This document shows positions 1 through 8,591 of a DNA stretch of 64,000 nt, in pieces (within the stretch, counting starts at the first letter, position 1; each line of letters begins with the position of its first letter). The notes below the pieces were generated by a model. It searched no databases and had not been told where the DNA came from. It saw nothing but the letters and a program-made list of their open reading frames with translations. The stretch lies in the IMG/VR virus record IMGVR_UViG_3300027963_004416, positions 81,708 through 145,707 of that record; one strand, written 5' to 3'. Both the position numbers and the translations under genes were made by a program. The stretch comes from a virus.

Positions 1-144
1 ATATCCACTGACTGGAACCACGCAGCTAAGGTACTACTTAAAGAGAAGCACCGTTGGCTACCTCTCGAAGGAATGGCTCGTAATGACTGGAAAGCTAAGT
101 TTTTTGGCTATGGTCAGGCTGAGAGTACCATCAAGTCAGTATAA
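1..144 (+). CDS. 3' end of an unidentified gene (partial)
   Basis: Frame 1 is open from base 1 (ISTDWNHAAKVLLKEKHRWLPLEGMARNDWKAKFFGYGQAESTIKSV) to TAA at 142-144; no recognisable motif. Confidence 0.5.
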   Translation: MSTDWNHAAKVLLKEKHRWLPLEGMARNDWKAKFFGYGQAESTIKSV

Positions 145-195
145 CTGGCTTTAATATTCCTTTACATCTATAATCAGAAAAATTTAGGAGATAGC

Positions 196-747
196 ATGGA
201 TAATATCCAATCTATTACCAAAGGTCTTCTGTATTTTACTCTAGGTGTTATGTTTGTCAATTCGTTCTTTGTTTTTGGCCACTATCTTACAACTTTATAC
301 ACAAGTAAAATTACTAAGCCGGTACCAGAAGTAGCTGTTACAAAGGATACACTAGCTACACCAAGACAGCTTGAATGTCTTACCAGAAACATTTATTATG
401 AAGCAGCAACTGAACCTTTTGAAGGTAAACTTGCAGTAGCACAGGTAACTGTAAATCGTGCTAGGAGCGATACATTCCCTAACGATATTTGTCAGGTTGT
501 GTATCAAAAAACTTACAAGAATAATAAAAAACCAGTCTGTCAATTTTCGTGGTATTGTAAGCAAACCAATATGCCTATTTACTATGATAATTACCTAGAA
601 TCAGAAAAAGCGGCTAGAAAGATACTTATGGAAGGGTTTATGTTAGAAAAGGTGAAGGGTGCTTTATATTATCACGCTGACTATGTTCACCCTAACTGGA
701 ATAAACAGAGAGTAGCAAAAATAGGGAGACATATTTTTTATAAATGA
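196..747 (+). CDS. SleB/Hydrolase_2 family cell wall hydrolase with N-terminal membrane anchor
   Basis: CLTRNIYYEA..E...GKLAVAQVTVNR...FPNDICQVVYQ...CQFSW...GALYYHADYVHPNW...IGRHIFY motifs; hydrophobic N-terminal segment; AGGAG RBS. Confidence 0.9.
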   Translation: MDNIQSITKGLLYFTLGVMFVNSFFVFGHYLTTLYTSKITKPVPEVAVTKDTLATPRQLECLTRNIYYEAATEPFEGKLAVAQVTVNRARSDTFPNDICQVVYQKTYKNNKKPVCQFSWYCKQTNMPIYYDNYLESEKAARKILMEGFMLEKVKGALYYHADYVHPNWNKQRVAKIGRHIFYK

Positions 748-983
748 CAGAAGATATTTTTGGAATAAAAACTCCTACAGAGTTCATGGGAGAAATAGAT
801 AAGCTATCTCTAGAAAAAAGAATTTCGTATCTGGATGCGGTGGTGCTTTACTGCGAGCAAAATAATATAGAAATAGAGACTGCGGCTTCTTTAATTAAAG
901 GCAGCACTAAAATGAAAGCGCGAATTCAAGATGATGCGGAAGATTTAAATTATTTACCTAAAACAAGGAAACTACCTATATGA
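744..983 (+). CDS. gp33: Late promoter transcription co-activator, gp33-like
   Basis: 79 aa, SYLDAVVLYCEQNNIEIETAASLI...K..I..DAEDLNYLPKT..LP pattern; synteny with gp59/gp32. Confidence 0.85.
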   Translation: MTEDIFGIKTPTEFMGEIDKLSLEKRISYLDAVVLYCEQNNIEIETAASLIKGSTKMKARIQDDAEDLNYLPKTRKLPI

Positions 984-1549
984 CTACTTTACCCGGGCAC
1001 CTAGGCGGCCATGAAAATGAAACGCACGTTGATGAAGGCGCAATTAATTATTTAATTGAGAATCTGGAAGTTAAGTCAGTTTTAGATATTGGATGCGGAC
1101 CTGGCGGTGTAGTTGAACTCTGCAAGAATAAAGGTCTAGATGTACTAGGAGTGGACGGTGACTTTACAGTAGAACGACCAGAGAGCATTAAGGACAATGT
1201 AGTTATCCATGATTATTCTAAGGGTCCTTTTATTCCAGAGAAGAAGTATGATTTAGCCTGGACAGTAGAGTTTGTCGAACATGTTGATGAAGAATACATG
1301 CCTAACTTCATTGAGACTTTTAAATCTTGCAAATACGTTATCATGACTCATGCACTACCAGGTCAACCTGGTCACCATCACGTTAATTGTCAGCATGCAG
1401 GCTACTGGTTAAATGTGATGGAAAAAAATGGGTTTAAGCCTATGCCCTTTACTTTACAACAAGTGCGAGAAGCGTCTACTATGCGGGAACGCTACATTAG
1501 ACAGCAAAGCCTTTTCTTTAAGAACCTAAATTTTGATGGATGCGTTTGA
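980..1549 (+). CDS. Class I SAM-dependent methyltransferase
   Basis: VLDIGCGPG motif I, LGVDGD, YDLAWTVEFVEHV. Confidence 0.85.
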   Translation: MTTLPGHLGGHENETHVDEGAINYLIENLEVKSVLDIGCGPGGVVELCKNKGLDVLGVDGDFTVERPESIKDNVVIHDYSKGPFIPEKKYDLAWTVEFVEHVDEEYMPNFIETFKSCKYVIMTHALPGQPGHHHVNCQHAGYWLNVMEKNGFKPMPFTLQQVREASTMRERYIRQQSLFFKNLNFDGCV

Positions 1550-2117
1550 AGCTTATAAATTATATCTTGCTTTAAAGAACCATTTTACGAGTAAAACATA
1601 TGACTACTTTAAATATGGCGGGCGAACTAAAGCCTCCCGTACAACATTTGAAAAAAGATCTGACAAGTACTTTTTCCACAAGCTTTCAAAGCGAAAAGAT
1701 CCCGTTGAGTTTCTCGTATCCAATTTTGTATACAGCGGCGACAACTGGATCGGGGATTTGGTACACAACACAGAATCTGAAAGGCTATACAAGCAGTTCT
1801 TAAAGGTAAAAGAATCTCTTTCATATACCTTTAGTAATGACTTGGATAAATTAGAGTCAGAATTCGATTCTAATTTTTTAGTAGTAGACGGTCAGCATCC
1901 ATTACTATTAAAGCTTCTTCTTCGGAACGAAATAACAATAGAGACGTTTGTTATACTAGATGAGCTGGTAAGTTTTTCTAGGAAGTGGAGTAGACGTATA
2001 GAGGAAACAGTAGTTTGGCCACAAGTAAATTTAAAGTGCAAGAAATACAGGCAGTTTTTAGAGTTTGATAGAGATAAGATGAAAAAAATTGTGCTGGATA
2101 AATTTTCACAAAAGTAA
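1536..2117 (+). CDS. gp59: Helicase loader, gp59-like
   Basis: AYKLYLALKNHFT...YDYFKYGG...FEKRSDKYFFHKL...ITIETFVILD pattern; directly upstream of gp32; ATG at 1536. Confidence 0.9.
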   Translation: MDAFEAYKLYLALKNHFTSKTYDYFKYGGRTKASRTTFEKRSDKYFFHKLSKRKDPVEFLVSNFVYSGDNWIGDLVHNTESERLYKQFLKVKESLSYTFSNDLDKLESEFDSNFLVVDGQHPLLLKLLLRNEITIETFVILDELVSFSRKWSRRIEETVVWPQVNLKCKKYRQFLEFDRDKMKKIVLDKFSQK

Positions 2118-2194
2118 TATAATATATACTATATCGTCATGAGTAAGTGGATACGACGTTATACTTTAATACAACGCTAATAAGGAGCAAATAC

Positions 2195-3091
2195 ATGGCA
2201 GTCGATTTTTCTCAACTTAAGAAGTCCCGTCAAAATCAGTTCGATCAGCTTACTAGCGAACTGACCAAGCTTAACACTCAACAAACCGCTAACAGTTCAG
2301 ACGATAATCGTTTCTGGAAGGCTGAAGTAGATAAAGCAGGTAATGGCTATGCGGTAATCCGTTTTCTACCTGCACCTACCGGTGAAGATGTACCTTTCGT
2401 GCGCGTTTGGGATCACGGATTCCAAGGACCTGGCGGCTGGTACATTGAGAAATCTCTTACCACTCTAGGTCAAAAAGACCCGGTATCAGAGTATAATACT
2501 CAGCTTTGGAATTCAGGGGTTGAAGCAAATAAGGAAATTGTTCGTAAGCAGAAGCGACGTTTGAGTTTTGTCTCAAATATCTACGTTGTTAAGGATCCTG
2601 CGCACCCTGAGAATGAGGGTAAGGTTTTCCTATACAAGTATGGTAAAAAGATTTTCGATAAGCTTAATGAGACTATGAATCCTCAATTTGAGGACGAGAA
2701 GCCAGTAAACCCGTTTGATCTATGGGAAGGTGCTAATTTTAAGCTTAAGATTCGAAATGTTGAAGGCTATCGTAACTATGATAAGTCAGAGTTTGAATCT
2801 CCATCACCTCTTTTAGATGATGATGAAAAACTTGAAAAGATCTGGCATTCAGAACATAAGCTGCAGCCTTTCCTTGATCCTTCTAATTTTAAATCGTATG
2901 ATGAGCTCAAGGATAAGCTTAACCGAGTACTTGGTTTGACTGGTACAGTCAAACCTCAAACACGTGCTGAGGATAGCCCACCTTGGGAAGAAGAAGCAGC
3001 GCCGGTTATTAAGTCCAAGCCTGCTCCAGTCATGGAAGAAGATGACGATGAGTCAATGGACTTCTTTAAGAAGCTGGCAGAAGAAGATTAA
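2195..3091 (+). CDS. gp32: Single-stranded DNA-binding protein gp32
   Basis: DKAGNGYAVIRFLPAP, HGFQGPGGWYIEKSLTT, NEGKVFLYKYGKKIFDK, FDLWEGANFKLKIR, acidic C-terminal tail; AAGGAG RBS favours ATG 2195 over GTG 2147. Confidence 0.97.
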   Translation: MAVDFSQLKKSRQNQFDQLTSELTKLNTQQTANSSDDNRFWKAEVDKAGNGYAVIRFLPAPTGEDVPFVRVWDHGFQGPGGWYIEKSLTTLGQKDPVSEYNTQLWNSGVEANKEIVRKQKRRLSFVSNIYVVKDPAHPENEGKVFLYKYGKKIFDKLNETMNPQFEDEKPVNPFDLWEGANFKLKIRNVEGYRNYDKSEFESPSPLLDDDEKLEKIWHSEHKLQPFLDPSNFKSYDELKDKLNRVLGLTGTVKPQTRAEDSPPWEEEAAPVIKSKPAPVMEEDDDESMDFFKKLAEED

Positions 3092-4785
3092 GCAGATGCA
3101 CTATGAGTGGTTCCAATATTAAGTGAACCACGAGAAGCGATAGGTGATGGAATGGGGGCTTGCATATCTGGAACTTTGCTGCCCCCTACTCCTTTGGTTT
3201 TTGACATATCAACATTATTAATTACCGGGGCAGTCTGCTTAGCCTCTACAGTTTTTTGCTTGACGTCTTGAGTCATTTCGGATATTTGCTGACCTTTACC
3301 AGGGCGCGCTACTTCCAACTGCGGTGCACTAGCACTTTCCGGGGAAGGCGCTGCAGCGCTACCAGCATCCGCTAGTTTACTATCACTACTAAACTCTGCA
3401 AAGTATTTTTCTCTTTCTTCAAGACCATTATATCCGCCATTGACTACTTTAGTCACTGCTTTAGTATCCCCCCAGTCTTTTATTCTTCGGGCATTAAATG
3501 GTCTTTTTAAAAACCAGAGAGCTGATTCTGCTGCATATTTTGGATCAGATAACTTATCAGGATCTTCAACAAAATTATAGCCTAAATCTTTTGATATAGC
3601 GGCATAATTACTTCTACCAGTTATCTGTAAGAATCCACGACCCTTATACTTGATACCATCACCAGGTTCAACGTTGCCTAAATCTTTTCTGCCTTCATAG
3701 GCCTGCCCGCTTGCAAGCTCTTCAGAATATTTAAATCCGCCCGACTCGTGAGCTGTTTGAGCTAAAATTTGCGCACGGGCTACAGGATTTGTTATTCCTT
3801 CTTTAGAAATAGCAGAATTCATAGCTGATACGCCTGCATTAAACCCTGGTCCCTTTTTAGGTGAGCCTGGCTTAGCTGCCTTCTTTTCTTTACCTTCGGC
3901 GGTTTTACCGGGCAGCTCTACTCCTGCCGAAGTAGTAGCTGCGGCAGCTGGTTTTTCTTCCGGGGTAGCAGCAGACCCGGAGGTTGCTTCTTTTCCTGCT
4001 TCTGGTTTAGCTGTTGGCTCCTTACCACCTTCATCTTTTTTGCCGCCTTCACCTTCCTTGCCGCCCTCTTTATCTTCTTTCATCTTATCTGTAGCATAAT
4101 CTACTGCTACTGCACCAACGGTAAGAGCAGCTGCAGCTTTTCCTAGCTTGCCCATCTTACCAATACGTTTACCAATTTTGACCATACTGGTAATCATATC
4201 AGTTATATTCTTAACGAACTTACCGCCTATAAAAAGTGCAAGTCCCCCGGCAGCAACTTTTATTGCTGTACCTAGGTTACCCATTTCATCTACATTTGTG
4301 CTAAGCTTATCAGTAAACCCACCAAACAGGGCATTTATTTTCTTCTGTACATCCTCTGGTAATACTGCATAAACTATACCAGCAAGAGCAGCCATGAAAG
4401 CTGGATTAGAGAACAGTGAAGATGCCTCTTCTTTAATACTTGTTGGCTGCTCTGCTTGTGGAGTTTCAGGCTTACGGGCTTCTAACGTTTTTTCTTCTTG
4501 CTCATAAGCACCTTTTTGAGATCGACTTTTAATAGTATTATTAATATCTTTTAAAGATGAAGCGATAAGCTTCATACTCTCTGCCACTTTATCTAGACCA
4601 GAGAATGATAAAGGAGTCTTGGTAATAGTTTGATAAAATTCCGGGGCATTATCCCCTGCGTCGCTTTTTGATACGAATCTTCCACCCTTACCTCTATAGA
4701 CGCCCCCTGAATGCATAAGATCATTTACCATCCCTAAATTCTGGACGGTCTCTTTACCTGCTTTAGTTTTAGTTTTATTATCCAT
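3088..4785 (-). CDS. Tape-measure/baseplate-hub-like protein with GH19 (chitinase/lysozyme-like) muramidase domain
   Basis: AQILAQTAHESGGF...YEGRKDLGN..PGDGIKYKGRGFLQITGRSNY...SALWF...VTKVVNGGYNGLEER is a GH19 signature (about 3400-3830); hydrophobic and Ala/Lys-rich helical N-terminal part; downstream of gp26-like. Confidence 0.8.
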   Translation of the reverse strand: MDNKTKTKAGKETVQNLGMVNDLMHSGGVYRGKGGRFVSKSDAGDNAPEFYQTITKTPLSFSGLDKVAESMKLIASSLKDINNTIKSRSQKGAYEQEEKTLEARKPETPQAEQPTSIKEEASSLFSNPAFMAALAGIVYAVLPEDVQKKINALFGGFTDKLSTNVDEMGNLGTAIKVAAGGLALFIGGKFVKNITDMITSMVKIGKRIGKMGKLGKAAAALTVGAVAVDYATDKMKEDKEGGKEGEGGKKDEGGKEPTAKPEAGKEATSGSAATPEEKPAAAATTSAGVELPGKTAEGKEKKAAKPGSPKKGPGFNAGVSAMNSAISKEGITNPVARAQILAQTAHESGGFKYSEELASGQAYEGRKDLGNVEPGDGIKYKGRGFLQITGRSNYAAISKDLGYNFVEDPDKLSDPKYAAESALWFLKRPFNARRIKDWGDTKAVTKVVNGGYNGLEEREKYFAEFSSDSKLADAGSAAAPSPESASAPQLEVARPGKGQQISEMTQDVKQKTVEAKQTAPVINNVDMSKTKGVGGSKVPDMQAPIPSPIASRGSLNIGTTHSASA

Positions 4786-6123
4786 TTAGTTCAGAATGCA
4801 GAAAGTAGGTGCTGAAGTAGTTGACGGTAAGCCTTGCTTACCGGGCGAAGCCATAGTTATATTCTTACTATTATTAATATTAGTAATTGAAACTTGTTGT
4901 ACATTAGTCATCTCATCTTTAAAAGCAACATCCTCGGAAGACTGCGCGATAGGCTCTGCTGCAGAACTAGGGGTAGATGTTTCAAGAGTAGCTGAAGGGG
5001 AAGAAGACGACCCTGCTGATGCAGCTTTAGTAGGAGTAGCAGGTGCAGTAGAATTGCCAGCCGCGGCCGGCTTACCAGAAGCTGCTGCAGGCGCTGATGA
5101 TTTTTTCCCTACCGCAGTAGCAGCAGCCGGGGCTGCACTTACACGTTGCTGCGTAGCAGCATTTGAAGGAGCTGCACTTTTTTTAGGCTCCGGCTTGACC
5201 TCTTTTTTACCTTCGTCATCATCGCCAGTAAACACATCATAGATGTCAGATCCTATTGACCATAAATCATATAAAATAAGACCTAGACTTAATAAAGTAC
5301 CTACGCCCGGTATAGCTTTAAGAAAATTTTTACCTAGACTAATTAATTTTGGAATAATTTTATCTTTTAATACTTTAAATTTTTTTAAGAAACTAAATTT
5401 GCCAAGTTTTTTAGCTTCTTTCATATCCTTCTTAGCATCTTTTATACCGGACTTAGCTTTATCACTAGCTTTACCTAAACCCTCTTCTAGGTCTTTTTTT
5501 TCCTTTACAAATTTACCTTTTTCATCTCTAAGTCTACCTTGTTTATCTCTTAATTCCTTCTTTTCTGTGTCAATAGAAGAGGCTTGTTCATTGGTTGACT
5601 CGGCTACTAAACCTGTTACTCTTGCAAGCTCCATTATGGAATCAAATGCACCCTTAACTGATTGAAAGACTTTAAACCCGAAATATGTAATTAAGATTTT
5701 ATCTAGGTTCTGCACAGCAAGTAACACTGCATCGACTATAGGTTTGGCCACACCTAAATTACTTAAGAACTTTTCAAAGAATCCCCCTACTAGCGCCTTA
5801 ACTTTATCATTCATTAATAAAGGAATTAATAGTGCAAGTTTAGCAATACTTAGTCCCGCTTGAGCAGTTGATTCGCCTGCAGCTTTAATAGTATCGCCAA
5901 TACCTGGCTTTTGCTCCGGAGTTTGTTCTGGGGACGGGGCAGGAAATAAAAGTGAAATTATGTTCTCTTTAAGCTTCTTAAGTTCTATTTTTATCACTGC
6001 AGAACTTTTTTCTATTACTTGAGCTGTAGAGTTAGCGTGCTGCTTTTCCTTAGCAGCACCCATGGTAATACTCTTCTTCATAGAAGCAATGTTTTTAACT
6101 GATGCTGCTTTACTATCTGCCAT
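4786..6123 (-). CDS. Tape-measure-like / tail-associated helical protein
   Basis: Lys/Ala-rich helical composition, hydrophobic segments (LALLIPLLM, AIPGVGTLLSLGLIL), low-complexity Ala/Ser/Pro tail; downstream of gp26/gp51-like genes. Confidence 0.55.
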   Translation of the reverse strand: MADSKAASVKNIASMKKSITMGAAKEKQHANSTAQVIEKSSAVIKIELKKLKENIISLLFPAPSPEQTPEQKPGIGDTIKAAGESTAQAGLSIAKLALLIPLLMNDKVKALVGGFFEKFLSNLGVAKPIVDAVLLAVQNLDKILITYFGFKVFQSVKGAFDSIMELARVTGLVAESTNEQASSIDTEKKELRDKQGRLRDEKGKFVKEKKDLEEGLGKASDKAKSGIKDAKKDMKEAKKLGKFSFLKKFKVLKDKIIPKLISLGKNFLKAIPGVGTLLSLGLILYDLWSIGSDIYDVFTGDDDEGKKEVKPEPKKSAAPSNAATQQRVSAAPAAATAVGKKSSAPAAASGKPAAAGNSTAPATPTKAASAGSSSSPSATLETSTPSSAAEPIAQSSEDVAFKDEMTNVQQVSITNINNSKNITMASPGKQGLPSTTSAPTFCILN

Positions 6124-6295
6124 TTGATTGCTGTCTTAACCTTTCCTGTTCTCTTTCTAAGTATTCTCTTAGCATATCAACATAAAGATCCCGCTCAAAT
6201 GGTATTAAGTCTTCTATTTCAGTTATTGACCATTTATGATACTGAGCCAAGCTAAAAATTAACTGATAATAGTTAGCTAAGGTATTATGACTCAG
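6113..6295 (-). CDS. gp51: gp51-like baseplate hub/tail assembly chaperone segment, absent from the ORF track, no 5' ATG (probably reached by -1 frameshift)
   Basis: Manual translation LSHNTLANYYQLIFSLAQYHKWSITEIEDLIPFERDLYVDMLREYLEREQERLRQQSNGR*; matches the YY...HK.S..E.E...P.ER..Y pattern of small gp51-annotated proteins in T4-like phages. Confidence 0.8.
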   Translation of the reverse strand: MSHNTLANYYQLIFSLAQYHKWSITEIEDLIPFERDLYVDMLREYLEREQERLRQQSNGR

Positions 6296-7002
6296 CCCAG
6301 CGTAAAAAAATCACTCAAACTCGTTAGCTTAATTGTTCTTTCATTACCAAGACTATTAACATACTTTAGTTCATGATAAAGTCTTGGCATAGTATTAAAA
6401 AACTCTTGAATTTTTTTAAATGTATTAACATCTAGTGATTGAATAAATTCTTCTAGTTCTTGCTCTGTTGAATCAACAGCACTAAACTCTTGACCATCTA
6501 ATATTACCTTATCCAGACAATAAGTAAGAATTTTAAAGAATACATCGTATTCTTCTTCAACTTCTAATAAAAGCTTTGCTAGATCAGATCTAGGATATCT
6601 CATAATTAAAGTAAGACTATCATCGGCTTTAATAGTTTTAGTATGTTCCGGATCTTCTTTAACTTCTATTTCGTCCAAGTTAATTTCAAACTCATACCTC
6701 TTATTATCTTCAGTGTCTCTATATGCTAGTTCTATAATGTTATTAACTGATTTAGATCTTATCTTCAAGAAAATATACTCTAAATCAAATGTAGTAAAAT
6801 CATCAACTGAGACTGTATCACTAATAATACAATTATTAAGTACTTGCTTAACTGCGTTAAGCACCTGGTTAGAATCTTCACTTGATTGTGCTATTAAAAG
6901 AACCTTTTCTTCTTTAACTAGGAAAGGTCTAAATTTAAGCTTATCTTTTGTTGATGGTAATGTTAATTCAAATATAGGATGATTAATTTTAGGTAATGCC
7001 AT
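6292..7002 (-). CDS. gp26: Baseplate hub assembly protein, gp26-like
   Basis: MALPKI..P.FELTLPST...KFRPFLVKEEKVLLIAQ...FDLEYIFLKIRSKSV...IQEFFNTMPRL...SDFF; GGAG RBS supports ATG at 7002. Confidence 0.88.
   Translation of the reverse strand: MALPKINHPIFELTLPSTKDKLKFRPFLVKEEKVLLIAQSSEDSNQVLNAVKQVLNNCIISDTVSVDDFTTFDLEYIFLKIRSKSVNNIIELAYRDTEDNKRYEFEINLDEIEVKEDPEHTKTIKADDSLTLIMRYPRSDLAKLLLEVEEEYDVFFKILTYCLDKVILDGQEFSAVDSTEQELEEFIQSLDVNTFKKIQEFFNTMPRLYHELKYVNSLGNERTIKLTSLSDFFTLG
6304..6310 (-). promoter_or_regulatory. Candidate -1 ribosomal frameshift slippery heptamer U UUU UUU
   Basis: mRNA GAU UUU UUU ACG CUG GGC UGA; a -1 slip enters the 6113-6295 frame with no intervening stop. Confidence 0.65.
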
Positions 7003-7014
7003 TATAAACTCCAA

Positions 7015-7995
7015 TTAAAAATTATTAAGTCCAGAAGAAACAATTCTTGCGTTATTTACTACGTTAATAATATCTGCAACACCGGTGGGCTTTCTAGTTG
7101 ATGCTAGTACTTGTACAGCAGATCCTACCTTCATTATTTGTTGTAGAAGACTGCTTTGTTTAGGAGTATTATCGAGCAGAGGTGCAACATTAAGCTCATC
7201 AAGCTTCCAGTTAGAGAAGGTGAAAGTAACTGGAAATCTAACAAAAGAATCATTTTCTGCCCAGCTTAATTGTACGTCACCGAGGAAGATTGGATATGCA
7301 TCCATAAGTGTAAGTGTGTTAATTTTTCTATTAGTTTCATCTATCATCACTATCTGGATATCGACAGTATAAAGAGGTCCAAGCTCGTCTCTTTTATATT
7401 CTACTTGAAATGGGCTAAGTTCATAGCTTACAGTATTATCGCGATGGCGTCCATCATATCTAACTATACTGTTCATCCACCTGTAAAAGAATTTGTGAAT
7501 TTTACCAGTATTATCACCTATAAACGTAAATGACTGATCTGTGAAGGTAGGCAGGTAAGGTTTTTTCTCTGCCACACCGTAACCATATCTTCTTATTTCA
7601 GTAGTATTTAATGATACACCAGGTAGGCTACACGATTCACATAGCAATCCTATTTCCCTCATTTCTGTACCACCGCCTGTAGCGTCCAGGCTTACTTCAT
7701 TTCTACCAGTACCTACATTAGTAGAGGCATTTCTAATACGCGACAATTTTCGAGGCATAGGAATGTTTACATAGAAATGACTCGTTCGCTGAACACCTCT
7801 TAATCTATTAAGATTTGCAATGAAGTTTGAAACATTTTTTGGATTATCACCTGAAGGGGTCTTACTATCAATGCCAAATAACTTCTCTAAAGGTCCTTTT
7901 ATAGAGGGCGGCAAAAAGTCCTTTACAACATTAACGGTACCAGCAATATCTCTGCCTCTTGATAGTACACCATTAACCTGTTCTGAAATTGTCAT
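7015..7995 (-). CDS. Tail tube initiator / tube-like protein (gp54/gp19 fold)
   Basis: LLCESCSLPG.SL.T.EIRRYG...PY...F....FTF...FFY.WM...Y......IQI...TL.DAYP..LG.VQLSW....F.RFPVTF.F..W tube-fold pattern. Confidence 0.75.
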   Translation of the reverse strand: MTISEQVNGVLSRGRDIAGTVNVVKDFLPPSIKGPLEKLFGIDSKTPSGDNPKNVSNFIANLNRLRGVQRTSHFYVNIPMPRKLSRIRNASTNVGTGRNEVSLDATGGGTEMREIGLLCESCSLPGVSLNTTEIRRYGYGVAEKKPYLPTFTDQSFTFIGDNTGKIHKFFYRWMNSIVRYDGRHRDNTVSYELSPFQVEYKRDELGPLYTVDIQIVMIDETNRKINTLTLMDAYPIFLGDVQLSWAENDSFVRFPVTFTFSNWKLDELNVAPLLDNTPKQSSLLQQIMKVGSAVQVLASTRKPTGVADIINVVNNARIVSSGLNNF

Positions 7996-8591
7996 TATCG
8001 TCTCTTAATTATATTTTTTGAGTCTCTATAGACATTAGTTACATTAGTATTAAATCTTTGAAGTGGTAGAAATAATGCAATGTTCCACTCATCAGGGGAT
8101 ATGTAAATAAATCTAGACTTGATATGTTTATTTAGATAGTGCTTGACACAAGGCGCAAAATATTTAAGTTTAGAGGTTCTATCGAGTATAGAATATGATA
8201 TCCTTAACCTTGTCGTTTCATTCATTTTATCGTTATTCAACAACGGATATAGGTTATCCATTAGAATTGCTCTGTAAGGATAAGGAAGGTAATGAAGGTT
8301 TAGTCCTAAAAATCCATCCTTAACTTTCTTAAACGGAAATATTAGCGGGTATCTGTCATAATAAGGTAAAGTATCTTTATGTTTTGCATCATAGTTAAAT
8401 AGATACATTTGACCTGTCAAAACAGCCGTTCGTCCGCGATCAGAATTTAATTTAATTAATCTGCTAGGATCAGTTGTCTTCTCTTCCGCAGCTCTAGATC
8501 TAAGCCAGGTGCTTGCATCGACGATGTTTTTAGGGTCGATTCCGCTTATACTTGCATCTCTTAAGATGTTTGAAAAAACTGTACCTTTCAA
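7995..8591 (-). CDS. gp2: DNA end protector protein gp2
   Basis: GQMYLFNYDAKHKDTLPYYDRYPLIFP...GFLGLNLHYLP...PCVKHYL..HIKS...W.IALFLP. Confidence 0.93.
   Translation of the reverse strand: MKGTVFSNILRDASISGIDPKNIVDASTWLRSRAAEEKTTDPSRLIKLNSDRGRTAVLTGQMYLFNYDAKHKDTLPYYDRYPLIFPFKKVKDGFLGLNLHYLPYPYRAILMDNLYPLLNNDKMNETTRLRISYSILDRTSKLKYFAPCVKHYLNKHIKSRFIYISPDEWNIALFLPLQRFNTNVTNVYRDSKNIIKRR

Noticed and set aside
3085-3095. Intrinsic terminator between the convergent gp32 and GH19 genes
   Set aside because: The two stop codons overlap (TTAA at 3088-3091) and no convincing hairpin plus U-tract is visible
4148-5665. Plus-strand ORFs 4148, 4796 and 5243
   Set aside because: Antisense shadows of the Ala/Lys-rich minus-strand genes, with no recognisable products
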